Assembly (NCBI GenBank): GCA_951406725.2
Contig: OX597833.1
Span: 66,960,001-67,024,000 of the forward strand
Length of the DNA stretch: 64,000 nucleotides
Source of the DNA: Octopus vulgaris
Taxonomy: Eukaryota
Direction: 5' to 3'
Under the pieces are notes generated by a model. It was not told where the DNA came from, searched no databases, and was given only the letters and a program-made list of their open reading frames with translations. Made by a program: the position numbers and the translations under genes. Positions 30,118-45,552 of this stretch are shown here, piece after piece; the first letter of the stretch is position 1, and every line of letters begins with the position of its first letter.

Positions 30118-30873
30118 AATAGAGTCGTAGTGTCTCATATACGATCGTACTGTCACGGTTAGAACGCCTTTGATTATAGCTCTACGCGGCACCGTTTGCG
30201 TATGCAGTAAAGCCGAAAGAAGTTAAGAAGTTCGTTTCGTTGTCACAAAGTCACGGGTTCGACTTCACAGCACAGAAATATTTTGGGAAATATTTTGTTT
30301 CTCTTTTATCATTGGCTGCGGTTGACGCATGCTCTGAGAATCAAATCGGGAGGACGGAAACAGCATAGACGCCCATCAGGTGGATTGCTTCTGCAACCAT
30401 TTCATAGGACTACGTTAAGTGTACACATGTCTGCTGCGGAATATTCAGCTACTTACACACGAAATCAATGATCAAGTAATTAAGTTGATAGAAAAACTGA
30501 GTGTTAAACGTCGAAAACGACGGTGGTCCCTTTTTTCGTTTTTTTTTTCATTAGTCAAAACCTTCACTCCATTACACCTTTTAGTTGTAACCTTAACGAT
30601 AGAAGATTCCATCCGTCAAACGTTTTAACAAGACAAACTCTTCGGAAGCATTAATAGGGGACACACTCATGTGACTATATATGGTATGTTCACTGGCCTA
30701 AGAATAACATCGTCTTTTCCCCTGTCCAACCTATGGAAGCTCTGTAAGAGAAGATAGACTCTACTCTTCACCATATGAGGAATTCACATCGAAAAACAAC
30801 AAGAAAGATTAAAAGATTTGATTTTATATCTGGCCTAGATGGGTGAAGTAATTACCAATGGTGTACACACACA

Positions 30874-31110
<237 letters not shown>

Positions 31111-32419
31111 AGGGTGGTGGAAAGCAGGGAAGAAGAAGAAAAACGTTTAGGGCTCGGGTTGTTATTCGGTTCTATGGGGGATGAATTAAGAAGAGAAGAA
31201 TATGTGGGAGTTAAGTATATATGAAATAGTTACTGTGAAGGAGATGGACATAGGGAAAGGTGTGTTTGTAATTTTATTTGATATCCGCGACACTTGCAAA
31301 AATTCTGTATTGTGTTCAAGGAAAAGAAATCAAATGTCAAATATTTGTCCACGGACAGGAATAACTATTCCTTTTTACATTTGTTGGCGTTTATGAGCGT
31401 GACATACATTCGATGAGATAGAATATGTTAGAAATAACAGGTACCCGTTTTATGTATGCTATTAAGATGTTCCGGTCATTATTGCTAGGAATTGTCTCCT
31501 TCGCTATTTTTAGCATGTAACTTTGATTCTGGTCTGTTCCTTACTCACTCTTGCTCTCCCCGATCTCTGTCTCTCTGACATCTCTTGTCTCTCTCTCTCT
31601 TCTGCCATCATTTTCTGTTGAATTACGCTTCGACTTTGCTTCAAGTTTATCCTTTTTATCGCCATTTCTCCTCGTCTTTACTTCCTCTCCTCACGTTAAT
31701 CTCGCCCATCACTCTCACCGCTTCTCCATCCTTCTCCTCATAGATCAATTCTTCATTTGCTAACTTGCGACCAAAGAAACAACATCACTTTTTGTCTCTC
31801 TTTCCCTCTCTCTTTCTCACTCTCTCTTTCTCTCACTCGTTCCTACTCCCAGACACACGACACGAGTTCCCACTTTAGATTTACTCTACCTCACAGCTAC
31901 TGAATTCATTAAATTTCTTATATAAACCTTCCTACTTATTAATGATGTACCAACACAAATCATCATAATGAGCGTCGAATTCTGTAATATCACAAAAATA
32001 TTACAGCTACATATCGTATCGCACAGATTCAACAAGATATCGAACAAGATATCGAACATCAGCCCATCTTCATAATCCCCTCATCATCATTTCGCAGAAA
32101 TAGTAATAGTAGGAAAGGTAGTAATCGAAGTAGTAGTAGTAGTAGTAGTAGTAGTCGAAGTAGTAGTAGTTGGATGAGGGGGAGGAGAGGGTGTCGGTGA
32201 TGATGGTGGTGGCTGTAGTGGCTGCGGTGGTTGCTGTTTATGTTGTAGTTTAGAGCCAGGTCGAATCTGATCGAGCAGGCGTGTCTTTAAAAGCGTTCCA
32301 GCCGCGACAATCGCCGTCGTCTACCACCGCCAGCAAACCTCCGTCCATTCCCAGCCCACCCCCATCACGTAGATAGAACGTCACTTACCAACCACCCGAA
32401 ATCCACCCGTAATCCACAG

Positions 32420-33173
32420 CTACCATCACCACCACCATCACAACTACCACCGCCACAACCGCAACTACCACAACTATCACCACCATTCCAGCTACCATTC
32501 ACTAGCCCGCCAATACCAATCACGCAAACACCACCACCACCACCGCCACCACCAGCACCACCAGCACCACCAGCACCACCAGCACCACCACCACCAGCAC
32601 CACCAGACCACCACCACCACCACCACCACCACCACTACCACCACTACCACCAACACTACCACCACCACCACCACCAACACTACCACCACCACCACCACCA
32701 CCACCACCACCACCACCACCACCACCACCACCACCACCACCAACACTACCACCAACACTACCACCACCACCAGCACCACCAGCACCACCACCACCATCAC
32801 CACCACCACCACCACCACCACCACCACCACCACAACCACCACCACCACAACCACCAGCACCACCACCAACACTACCACCACCACCAACACTACCACCACC
32901 ACCACCACCACCACCACCACCACTACCACCAACACTACCACCACCACCAGCACCACCAGCACCACCAGCACCATCACCACCACCACCACCACCACCACCA
33001 CCACCACCACAACCACCACCACCACAACCACCAGCACCACCACCAACACTACCACCACCACCAACACTACCACCACCACCACCACCAACACTACCACCAC
33101 CACCACCACCACCACCACCACTACCACCAACACTACCACCACCACCAGCACCAGCACCACCACCACCACCAGC

Positions 33174-33204
<31 letters not shown>

Positions 33205-33270
33205 CCACAACCACCAGCACCACCACCAACACTACCACCACCACCACCAACACTACCACCACCACCACAT
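32420..33270. repeat. (ACC)n microsatellite with higher-order repeats
   Basis: Directly visible; source of the poly-Gly/Val ORFs. Confidence 0.95.
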
Positions 33271-33659
33271 ACAACCACCACCCAACACACAACAACAAAT
33301 GATGGCCAACACGGATTACTAATTTTGCCCCTTTCGAACAACAAACATTAATGAATAAACAAGAAAAAACTATTAAAAAAAAAATGACTGACAAACAAAC
33401 AAAAACGTCCCACGTTACGAAAACATTGCCCCACCCACCACCCCGCCTCCCGCATCTTGCTCCCCCCGGCTACAGTGTCTCCCTCCTATGACAACTGGTT
33501 TGTAAACTGTAAATCTTTCTGCAACGTTGACGTTGGTATTGCACAGGAAGGCAACCGTGAGCCTTAAATTACTATAAAACAGACAAAGCCTGATCAGTCG
33601 GGCCGAAAATTGAATGCTCTCTTCTGTAATGAAGCGTCTCTAGTCCTCTTTGTAACATC

Positions 33660-34700
33660 TCTCTCTCCTCCTCCTCTTTCTCTCCCTTGGTCTCTCTCTC
33701 TCTATCTCTGTCTCTCTTTGTCTTTCTCTCTCTCTCTCTCTCTCTGTCTCTTTTTCCATGTTTTCTCTCTTTCTTTGTCTTTTTCGTTCTCTGTCTCTCT
33801 CTGTCGCTCACTTCCTCACTCTCTTCTTTTCACTCTCTCACCCTTTCTCTCTCTCTCTTTCTCTCTCATCTTCTTTCTCTCTCATCTTCTTTCTCTCTAT
33901 CTCTCTCTTCCTTTCTCTCCCCTTCTCCCCCTTTCTCTCTCTTTCTTTCTCTCTCTTCCTCTCTCCCTCTATCTCTCTCTTCCTTTCTCTCTCTCATGCT
34001 TTCTCTCTCTATTCTTCTTTCTCTATATCTCTCTCTTCCTTTCTCTATCTCTTCCTTTCTCTCTCTCTCTTCCTTTCTCTCTCTCCTCCTTTCTCTCTCT
34101 CTCTCCCTTTTTCTTTCCTTGCTTTTATCTATTTTTGTTTTTTGCTTTCTCTGTCTCCCGCTTCCTCTTTCTCCTCCTTTCTCTCTTTCTCTCTCTGCCT
34201 CCCTTTATCTTTCTGACTCTTTTTCTTTGTCTTTCTCTGCCTCTCTGTCTCTCTCTTCCTTTCTCTCTCTCTCTCTCTGTTTTCTTTCCCTACTTTCCTC
34301 TTTTTCTTTGTCTTTCCCTTTCTCTGCTTCCTCTTCATCTCTCTCTCTCTCTCGCTCTCACTCTCCTTTCTTTCCCAGGTTTTCTCTCTTTCTATGGCTT
34401 TCCCTCCCTTTGTCTTTCTCTGGGTTTGTTTCTCATCCATTTTACTTCTCTCTCTCTCTCTCTCTCTTTCTCTGCCTATCTACATTTCGTTGCCATTCTC
34501 TGTCTAAGTATCTCTCTCTGTTTTTATTCTCTCTCTTCACAATCTCTCTCTGTTTCAGTCTCTCTCTCTCTCTCTGTTTTCAGTATCTCTCTCTTTTTTT
34601 TCTATCTCTGTCTCTCTTCATTATCACTTTGCATGTGTATATATATCTCTCTCAATTTTCTCCACTTTGCTTCTCTCTGTTCTCTCCGCCTCTCCTTGTC
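33660..34700. repeat. ~1-kb degenerate (CT)n polypyrimidine tract
   Basis: Directly visible. Confidence 0.9.
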
Positions 34701-34810
34701 ACTCATTCACTCGATCCCTCACTCTCTGTCACTTTATCATTTCTCTTCTCTACTTCAACACGGAGCGTATCGCTCACGTCCCTCCTATCCTCCCTCACTT
34801 GCTCACTATA

Positions 34811-35038
34811 TACTCTTTTACTCTTTTACTTGTTTCAGTCATTTGACTGCGGCCATGCTGGAGCACCGCCTTTAATCGAGCAACTCGACCCCGGGACTTA
34901 TTCTTTTGTAAGCCCAGTACTAATTCTATCGGACTCTTTTGCCGAACCGCTATGTGACGGGGACGTAAACGCACCAGCATCGGTTGTCAAGCAATGCTAG
35001 GGGGACAAACACAGACACACAAACATATACACACATAC

Positions 35039-35109
<71 letters not shown>

Positions 35110-35264
35110 TACGACAGGCTTCTTTCAGTTTCCTTCTACCAAATCCACTCACAAGGCATTGGTCGGCCCGGGGCTATAGCAGAAGACACTTGCCTAAGGT
35201 GCCACGCAGTGGGACTGAACCCGGAACCATGTGGTTGGTAAGCAAGCTACTTACTCCTGCGCCT
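34811..35264 (-). mobile_element. SINE family B, full length
   Basis: Complete head, internal microsatellite and tail. Confidence 0.9.
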
Positions 35265-35289
35265 ATATCTCTATTTTCATTATACTTTC

Positions 35290-35406
35290 TTCAAGTAACT
35301 CCGCCTTCGAATGAAAGCATGTATCCCTGCCCCATAGAATTCTGTTGACTGTTCTTTGAGCCATTTTTCCATTACAGTTTTGACATCCTTGTCACTAGAA
35401 TAATTT
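35290..35406 (-). mobile_element. mariner transposase C-terminal fragment (inverted copy)
   Basis: Minus translation YSSDKDVKTVMEKWLKEQSTEFY; reverse-complementary to 35845-35937. Confidence 0.75.
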
Positions 35407-35420
35407 AGCGCCTCCACATT

Positions 35421-35803
35421 GTGGAAGCACTCCGTCGGTTACGACGATGGTTGATCCGAATCAACGGAACAGCCTGCTCGTGAAATTAACGTGTAAGTGG
35501 CTGAGCACTCCACAGACACGTGTACCCTTAACGTAGTTCTCGGGAATATTCAGCGTGACACAGAGAGTGACAAGGCCGGCCCCTTGAAATACAGGTACAA
35601 CAGAAACAGAAACAGAAAGTAAGAGTGAGAGAAAGTTGTGGTGAAAGAGTACAGCAGGGATCACCACCATCCCCTGCCGGAGCCTCGTGGAGCTTTTAGG
35701 TGTTTTCGCTCAATAAACACTCACAACGCCCGGTCTGGGAAGCGAAACGTGATCCTATGACCGCGAGTCCGCTGCCCTAACCGCTGGGCCATTGCGCCTC
35801 CAC
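35421..35803 (-). mobile_element. SINE family R, tail type 1, with TSD
   Basis: Near-identical to 7806-8198; TSD GCCTCCACATT at 35410-35420 and 35804-35814. Confidence 0.9.
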
Positions 35804-35814
35804 GCCTCCACATT

Positions 35815-36088
35815 ATGATCCCCATGAAAGAGGGTTTGAGAGGCAAATATTATTCCAGTGACGAGGAAGTGAAAACTCAAGTGAAGAGTCAACAGAATTT
35901 TCCTGGGCAGGGATACATGCTCTCATTCGAAGGTGGAACATTGCTATTGAGAGAAACGGTGACTATGTTGAGAAGTAGGGATGTGATCCACAGAGGACCA
36001 GCTTCACTTTGTTGTATGATAGATGTTCCTGTCTTGGAAAATATACCTGTCCTGAACAAAATGGCATTACTTTTTGATTCACCTTCGT

Positions 36089-36089
<1 letters not shown>
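35815..36089 (+). mobile_element. mariner transposon 3' end with TIR
   Basis: PMKEGLRGKYYSSDEEVKT and, after a frameshift, GIHALIRRWNIAIERNGDYVEK* (mariner C-terminus). TIR-like GGCATTACTTTTTGATTCACCTTCG followed by TA. Confidence 0.85.
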
Positions 36090-36162
<73 letters not shown>

Positions 36163-36582
36163 ACATACACACACACACACACACATACACATATATATGC
36201 TAAAACTCAAGCTGTTCGTTTCGAAGCACATCTCTTTCCATTTTTATAGTCTGGTATATTCTTATGATATTTTTATGAGTTACATACTAGATTTGAATAT
36301 TCTGGAAATATTGTTTGCAGACATGTTATATACCGAAACAGGAACCAAGAAAAGTTTTCGGGTATTATTTCGGATATGAAATTCTTCAGACAGAGAATAA
36401 AACAGTAGGTATAATACGATTGTCTGTCTCAAGAATTTCAAATTGGATATTTCTTATATGTTTATCTAAAATGTAGAATTATGTAATTCCTTTTATCAAA
36501 TGAAACAGATGTAATGGTAAATAAATAATACCCCAAAATTTTCCATCTTCCTGCTTCGATACACGTATACATACATACATAC

Positions 36583-36613
<31 letters not shown>

Positions 36614-36669
36614 CATACACACACATACATGTATACATACATACATACATACATACATGCATACATACG

Positions 36670-36701
<32 letters not shown>

Positions 36702-36702
36702 C

Positions 36703-36794
<92 letters not shown>

Positions 36795-37997
36795 CACGAT
36801 AGATACGTTGGTAGATATATAGATAAGCAGATAAATAGGTAGGTAGATATATATGTATATATATATATATATTTAGATAGATAGATAGGTAAATAGATAG
36901 ATAAATAAGTAGATATAGATAAACAGACAGACAGACAGATAGATAGACAGACATGTAGATATATAGATCGATAGATAGATCGATCGATCAATCGATATAT
37001 AGATAGATAGGTAGATTAATAGATAGATAAAGATAAACCAAATAATTACAGTATCGATGATTCACACCGGTACCAAAAATAAGTTTGATTGTGGTCAAGT
37101 TTAACTTATAGTATCTGTGTGTTGGACAATTGTTCTACTGATAACGGAGGAAGGGTGCTAATCTTTGTTGTAAGATTTCCGGACGAGTTTTGAAATGTAT
37201 TTTAGACTTTTCGAGAGAATAAAGAAAACCATCAGAATATCTCGAAAGACTGGTTCCTCATGCTTCTAGTCATTTACCACTGTAAACTGATATGACATAG
37301 CTGAAGAGAAGAATCGAAAGAAGAAAAGTAACACAAGAATAAATAAAAAGCGGGGGAAATAAAACTTTTACGATTAAAGAAGGAAAGAATGAGGAAAGAG
37401 TGAAATAAATGAATAAGAGCAAAAGAAACATACAAAGAAACGAAGTAAATGAAGATACACTATAGATATTGTAAGAAAGAATTCCATGCTTACAGCCAGG
37501 GAACCACATAATGGCAACCCAGGGTAACGTAGAAAAATCTATAATCAGAAGAGCTGAGATATTCTCTACGTACCACCATAGGAAAAACTCCTTCTTTCCT
37601 CGAAGCATTTTAAACTCAAGTAAAATTTTAGCGTCCTACCAAAATATATATTAGCCAAATAAACTTTTCAACTTTAAGAATTTCTAGCATAAAACAAGAG
37701 AATTGCATTGCATATGACGAATAAATTACGAAAGTCTCTCTACAGGAATAACTTAGATTAGTGCTATTATGTACATATATCAGAAATCTCGGAATGGTGA
37801 GGCCAATGCACAGAAGGCAGGGAACATTGTATAGTGAGTTTCTTTACAACTATCCAATCTGTTATTTATGTTTGTTGTGTCCATAAGAAGCACATGGAGC
37901 GAGAGGGAGAGCGTGGCTTCTGAGCGAATAGAACGTGCTCTGCAATTAGCATTGGCCAACAAGTTTCGGATAGGGTTAAGTCAATTACATCAAACCC

Positions 37998-38099
<102 letters not shown>

Positions 38100-38158
38100 A
38101 TCAATATTGATAGTTAGCTAGCTTCCCGTTTGTCTGTCTGGATGTCAGTATCTCTCCC

Positions 38159-38237
<79 letters not shown>

Positions 38238-38276
38238 GTATATATAATATATGATATATCTATCTATCAACCTATT

Positions 38277-38387
<111 letters not shown>

Positions 38388-38607
38388 ATATGTATGTATA
38401 CGCACGCACACACATACAGAGAAAGGCATTCAAAATATTATCTTAGTTTCCACAGCCAGAAAAAAAAGGAAAGAAAATATCGCGAAACTTCTTAAACCAT
38501 ATTTTCTTTCATATCGACTTTTATGAGACCAGGATCAATTGTTTAACTTTGTGAATTTTCCTGTTGCATACCTACCTACATCTATACACACACATTTTCT
38601 TATGTAA

Positions 38608-38644
<37 letters not shown>

Positions 38645-39024
38645 ATGTATGTATCTAATGTATGTATATTCTTTATCAGATATGATTAATCAGATTTTTC
38701 TTCAGCATTTTTTTTTCATATTTAGAAACCAATTATATTTTTCTGATTCCCCCACCCCTCACCTTGCTTATATTCCAGCCCCACCACTCACCCCACACGC
38801 CACCGTATCAAAATATATTTAATCTATCATCTATGTATATCTTTGAAAAATCTCTTTCAGCGCTATAACTGCAACCGATTCTTATATTATTCTTGGTACC
38901 ATTATTTCTATTTGTCATTCTCGTTGTGACTTTCTTTCTCTTTCTCCATATTTTTTTAAAGAAAATATATTTGAATTATTTTAAAAGGAAACGCAATACA
39001 TTAAACACATATGTTACAAGTTCC

Positions 39025-39100
<76 letters not shown>

Positions 39101-39451
39101 TTCTCAATGTGGATTCGTATTAATATATTTTTTTCTAATTTTGATGTCTTCCCGAAAATACTATTAGTGTTTTAGTTACAACATTACGTATGTAAGTATG
39201 TATGTACGTATGTATGTATGTATGTATGTATGTATGTATGTATGTATGTATGTATGTATGTATGTATGGATGGATGTATGTATACATCATACATATATTT
39301 AAATATATGTATACATCATACATATATTTACGCTTACTTCAGAATTCAAAAACTTATTTAAATAGCACATGTAAATCTCCTATAACTTTGTTTGCATACA
39401 TATGAATATGGATATATATATATGTATATATATGTATGTATACATATGTAT

Positions 39452-39524
<73 letters not shown>

Positions 39525-40275
39525 ATATAGATGTATATATATATATATTATATATATATACATATATATATATATATGTATATGTATGTGTGTGAGTGTG
39601 TGTGGGTTTGTGTGTGTATGTGTGTGAGTGTGTGTGTGTGTGTGTGTATGTGTGTGTGTCTACGTACATATACCTTTGTTCTAATCTCATCCCCGTGACT
39701 TTTTGAGTACTTAAAATAATAGTGAAATGCTGAAGGAGCTTCCAGGGAACATGCAAATCAAAAGAAAAATACTTCGATTAATCAATTACATATTTCTAAG
39801 TTAGAATTCAATATCTATTTCCCTTATGATGTAATCTTTAGATGGCCGCTAGACTTACCATTTTCGATAAGACCGAATATTTCGGGACATGTGAATTTAT
39901 TTCTGCATCTTATTTCAATCTTCAGCGTTTATTTTCACACTGTGTCGAGTTTATTGAAAACTCTGATTTTATGTTTTTAAGTAATTAGCAGAGATGAAAT
40001 GCCGGCTACAATTGTTTACCCGGAGAAAATCCATGATTAGCCATATATCTTTACTTTTATAGTTATTGTGGTGAGTCAAAAGTTGTGTAGTCATTTGCTT
40101 TATGCGTCAGGTTAAAGTGAATTCAGTCTGGCATTCAAACTAGAGGGCATCATGTTGCGCCGTCTGAACCCACCTTTTAGGCCTTGCTTGATCACTGTTT
40201 ATACGCGATAAGTCAAGTATCTGCTTCAGATTACTAGTTGTTCCGATCCATGGCCAACTTTACGCGCTCGAGACA

Positions 40276-40362
40276 CTTTGAATGCTAATTTGAATGTTAG
40301 GCTGCTTTGAATGCTAACTTGAATGCTAGGCTGCTTTGAATGCTAATTTGAATGCTAAGCTG
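40276..40362. repeat. 29-bp minisatellite x3
   Basis: CTTTGAATGCTAATTTGAATGCTAGGCTG at 40276, 40305 and 40334. Confidence 0.9.
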
Positions 40363-40439
40363 TTTATATTGTAATTTGATGAATATAGCAAGTAATTTAC
40401 CAAAGTGTTGAAAAACCTTTGACTGAAAACAATAATTTG

Positions 40440-40657
40440 TTTCTTTACTACCCACAAGGGGCTAAAGACAGAGGGGACAAACAAGGACAGACAAACGGAT
40501 TAACTCGATTATATCGACCCCAGTGCGTAACTGGTACTTAATTTATCGACCCCGAAAGGATGAAAGGGAAAGTCGACCTCGGCGGAATTTGAACTCAGAA
40601 CGTAACGGCAGACAAAATACTGCTACGCATTTCGCCCGGCGTGCTAACGTTTCTGCC
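40440..40657 (-). mobile_element. SINE family M monomer
   Basis: Same sequence as the concatemer unit plus head. Confidence 0.9.
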
Positions 40658-40847
40658 TACGTGCCATTTTCTTTAAACTTTATCATAATTGTCTACAATG
40701 TTACCGATATAATATGTCCCAAAATGCATGTTTTGGTCTTTTGTTAGGCAGCATATTCTCGAATACCGAATATATTTGCAAAATGTGGAAAAGTATCTGC
40801 GCAAATATCCACACACACACTATCTACATAACGTACGAACGGCAGCG

Positions 40848-40921
<74 letters not shown>

Positions 40922-41142
40922 TTCAATTCCATGTGCATTTAGCTCCACCACTATATAACATTTTCGTTAGCGCTGTACAATGCTAGAAGCATTTAAACAA
41001 AGTCACTTCCATTAGAGAAGAGATAAAGTATATCCCCGATGCCTCGCATTCTACTCTAGAACTATCACCCTGTTTGGGATTATTTCCCCAAATCCAACCC
41101 TAACACCGAACGAGAAATTCGTTCAGCAAATGCGTGCCCATC

Positions 41143-41218
<76 letters not shown>

Positions 41219-41510
41219 TTACTTATCGAAAGAAAGGTTGACAGAATATTTGCGTTAAAGTATACACAGAGAATCCATTATTTCATGGAATGCTTAATGC
41301 AGCAGTGATTCCTTACCAAAGGCAGAATTTCATGCCCCTATATGTATACATATATGTATATATGTATATATGTGTCTGTATATATGTGTATGTAGATATG
41401 TATGTATCCGTGTGCATATGGATGGTGATATATATGTGTGTGTTTGTGTACACACATATATACTTATATGCATATACATATAAATATGTATATTTATATA
41501 AATAAGTATA

Positions 41511-41555
<45 letters not shown>

Positions 41556-41568
41556 CATATATATATGT

Positions 41569-41614
<46 letters not shown>

Positions 41615-41911
41615 TCATATATATACGAATATTAAAGTATGTATGTGTATGTATACATGTACACGCAAATGCACACGCGATATTGATATTGAAGACATTT
41701 CTTTAAAATAATGATCATACACACGCACTCAAGTCTGTACACGCACACACATATGCATGCACATACACACAATCACATATCTTATTATATTTACTCACAA
41801 ACTACCCACACGTATAACTATTTACAATATACATAAAAGTTTCTATATGAATACACAGTTGTATTGTATATGCGTATCTATATGAAAGCACAAACAGAAA
41901 CACACAAACAC

Positions 41912-41975
<64 letters not shown>

Positions 41976-41979
41976 ATAC

Positions 41980-42075
<96 letters not shown>

Positions 42076-42590
42076 GTGTACATAGACAGTAATTTATTTT
42101 TCTTTGCACGAAACACACATCGAGAACAGAGGAGAACACGATAAAAAAAAAATCGATCGATCGAACGTGTTAGAGTGTCATAACTTGAACGATTGTGTTC
42201 AGGTCGTAACCTTGAATTGAATTGAAAGACCTCAGATTAAGAAGAACCAGAGCGTCAAATATATATATATATATAATGAAGAAGAAGAAAAAACATCCTC
42301 AAAGAACATCATGTATTCATAAACGATGATGATTTATTGAATTTTAGTCATCCTTCACTCATTCACCTACAGATTTATTCGTTGATTCATTCATTCTCTC
42401 GTTCATTCGCTGGTTCGTATATTCACTCGTTTACAACAAGGATATTCCCTCAGGAACATATTTATAAGAAACTACTGTTTCTTCTCTTTTTTTATTATTT
42501 TTTATGTTTCGTATATTGGTGTAAACATAATATTATTATTTGTTACTCGCTCCTCCAAGTCCACTATAAATTTCACAATAGTTTTTAAGA

Positions 42591-42646
<56 letters not shown>

Positions 42647-42929
42647 ATATATATATATCTTTATATATGCGCATATATATATATGTATATTTACATAAAT
42701 ATATATATATATATATATATATAGTGTTTATGCATGTATATATACATACATACACACATATATACAATGTACAAGTGTGTATATGTGTGTATATGTGCAT
42801 ATATGAATATATATATGCATATATACAAACATATATAGGTATATATCTTTATATACACTTACAAAGAGAGGGCGAGTGAGAGCGAGACAGAGGCATAAAT
42901 TGTGGTGACAATTCTATATGAAGATATGC

Positions 42930-42974
<45 letters not shown>

Positions 42975-43018
42975 GAAAGTATACACATACACATATGGAC
43001 AGACATAAACATGCAGAC

Positions 43019-43063
<45 letters not shown>

Positions 43064-43420
43064 TGTAAGTATGTACTCACGTATATATATATATATGCAT
43101 ATATACATACATATATATATGTACATACATTCATATATACATGTATATATATATGTATATGTAAATATATAAACTCACAGACACACACATACACACACAT
43201 ATATATATCCACACTGACACGGACATATATATATATATATACATACATGTCATGCACTCTCTCTTATTCCTTGTCGAAGCTATCCTGACGAATATATAAC
43301 ATTAACTGATAACAGTTTTATGAGACACCAAATCATTCGTGTGTAACATTCGAATAGAAAACTTCAAACGCATCTATAATAACTTTATAAGACGGTACAA
43401 CAATGCATGTATACCTATAA

Positions 43421-43467
<47 letters not shown>

Positions 43468-43505
43468 TTTATGATTACATTTTTTCTGCATATGTTACAG
43501 ATGGT

Positions 43506-43536
<31 letters not shown>

Positions 43537-44499
43537 CAACTAAATATATATATATACATACATACATACATATATATATATATAAAATATATATATTTAT
43601 ACATACACACATACACATAAATGTATATGTATATGAACAACAGATATATATATATAGTTATATACACACATACACACACACACACACATACGCGCTTGCG
43701 CACACATATTTATAAACATGTATATATGTATATTTATATATATATACACGCACATATATATATCCATAAAAATGCCTGTTTACATGTTGATCTTCGCGTA
43801 TATACGTAAGCATTCATATATATATATGTGTATGGTTGTGTGTGTGCGTATGTGTGTATGCATTCACTCACACACACACACACACACACACAGACACACA
43901 CACATATATATGTGTGTGTGTGTGACTTTATTTATTTTTCTAAGTAAATGTCTTCCCTGAAAAACGATTTCCTATTTACTGATAGCGGGACTTATATATA
44001 TATTTTTTCTTTTCCTCCTAATAGCCTTTTCATGGCTTTCTCACGTTTCATCAATAACGGCTGACTCAGCCGTAAAATTATAATGCCGCCATTTTAGAAT
44101 GTGTCCATGATACTGTTTGGTCGGATGAGATGTACTTAACATGGGTTACACATTTAAGGAAAGAGCATCAACCCGTTTAGTATAGTTCGTTTCTTTGTTT
44201 TATGTTGGACAAGCGAGGTTTCTTTCGCTTTCTTCTTCTTATTTTTGAATTTCTTTCTTGTGTCCTTCTCACGCCGCTGCCATTAGCCATAATATTAGAA
44301 GCAGATAGCAACAAAAAAAATTCTACTTTTTAAGTCTAAGTTGAGTGATCGACTGACATAGGTGGAGGTGCGGTGGAGAGGGAGAGAGGAAGAGAGAGAG
44401 AGAGGGAGAGTGGGCAAGTGAGAGAGAGGAAGATTGGGGAGACACTAGGGAAGAAAGTGAGAAATAGGCTGGGAACGAATGAGAAGAACACGAAAATGA

Positions 44500-44719
44500 A
44501 TTTGGAACTCCTTTTCATTATCTTCCTTCTCTTCATCGTCTTCTTTTTTCCCTCCATGTCCTTCCTTTTCTTCTTTTTTTATGCTCCTCTTCCTCCTCCC
44601 CTCCTTTCCTCCTTCTCTCCTCCCCCCCTCCTCTCTTTCTCATCCTTCCCTCCTCCTGTCTTCCTCCTCCTCCCCTCTTTTCTACTACCACTACAACAAC
44701 AACAACAACAACAACAACA

Positions 44720-44756
<37 letters not shown>

Positions 44757-44801
44757 CTGCTGCTACTGCTGCTACTACAACAACTACTACTGCTGCTGCT
44801 G

Positions 44802-44867
<66 letters not shown>

Positions 44868-45275
44868 TTACTACTACTAGTACTACTACTACTACTATAT
44901 TTTCCCTTCTGCAATTTCCTTATGATGTTTTCTGCTTTTTTAAAAATTTTCTTGCGGTTCTCCTCCTCTTCTTCTTCCACTTCTACACCTTTTGCGCCTT
45001 ACTTCTCTTGTTATTGTTGTTGTTTTTGTTTTTGTTGTTGTTGTTGTTGTTCTTCTTCTTCTTCTTCTTCTCCTCCTCCTTCTCCTTCTTCTTCTTCCCC
45101 TTCTTCTTCTGCTTCTTCTTCGTTTTCTTTTACTACTACTACTACTACTACTACTACTGCTGCTGCCACTACTACTACTACCACCACCACCACCACCACC
45201 ACCACCATTACCAACACCACCACTAATACTACTACTACAACAACTGCTACTACTACTACTACTACTACTACTACT
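44500..45275. repeat. Compound trinucleotide microsatellites (CTA, CAA, GTT, TTC, ACC)
   Basis: Directly visible. Confidence 0.9.
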
Positions 45276-45338
45276 TTTTCATCTGTATTTTCTTTTGTAT
45301 TGCTATCTTTGCGTTTGTTCTCTTCCCTCCTCTCCCCC

Positions 45339-45552
45339 CTCTTCTTCCTCTACCCTCATCTCCCTCCCGTCCACTCCCCCCTCTTCTTCCTCTACCCTCA
45401 TCTCCCTCCCGTCCACTCCCTCCTCTTCTTCCTCTACCCTCATCTCCCTCCCGTCCACTCCCTCCTCTTCTTCCTCTACCCTCATCTCCCTCCCGTCCAC
45501 TCCCTCCTCTTCTTCCTCTACCCTCATCTCCCTCCCGTCCACTCCCTCCTCC
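45339..45552. repeat. 42-bp pyrimidine-rich minisatellite x5
   Basis: CTCTTCTTCCTCTACCCTCATCTCCCTCCCGTCCACTCCCTC repeated; gives the 14-aa periodicity in the ORF track. Confidence 0.9.

Noticed and set aside
32520-33344. 274-aa Gly-rich ORF resembling a structural protein
   Set aside because: (GGT)n repeat open in two frames; cannot be supported without expression data.
33610-35000. 421-aa and 437-aa ORFs
   Set aside because: CT-rich tract lacks stop codons by composition and runs into a SINE.
37810-37865. let-7-like hairpin (TTGTATAGT...TACAA)
   Set aside because: No TGAGGTAG seed and poor pairing.
41030-41146. Possible small MITE
   Set aside because: Terminal inverted similarity is too weak and only one copy is seen.
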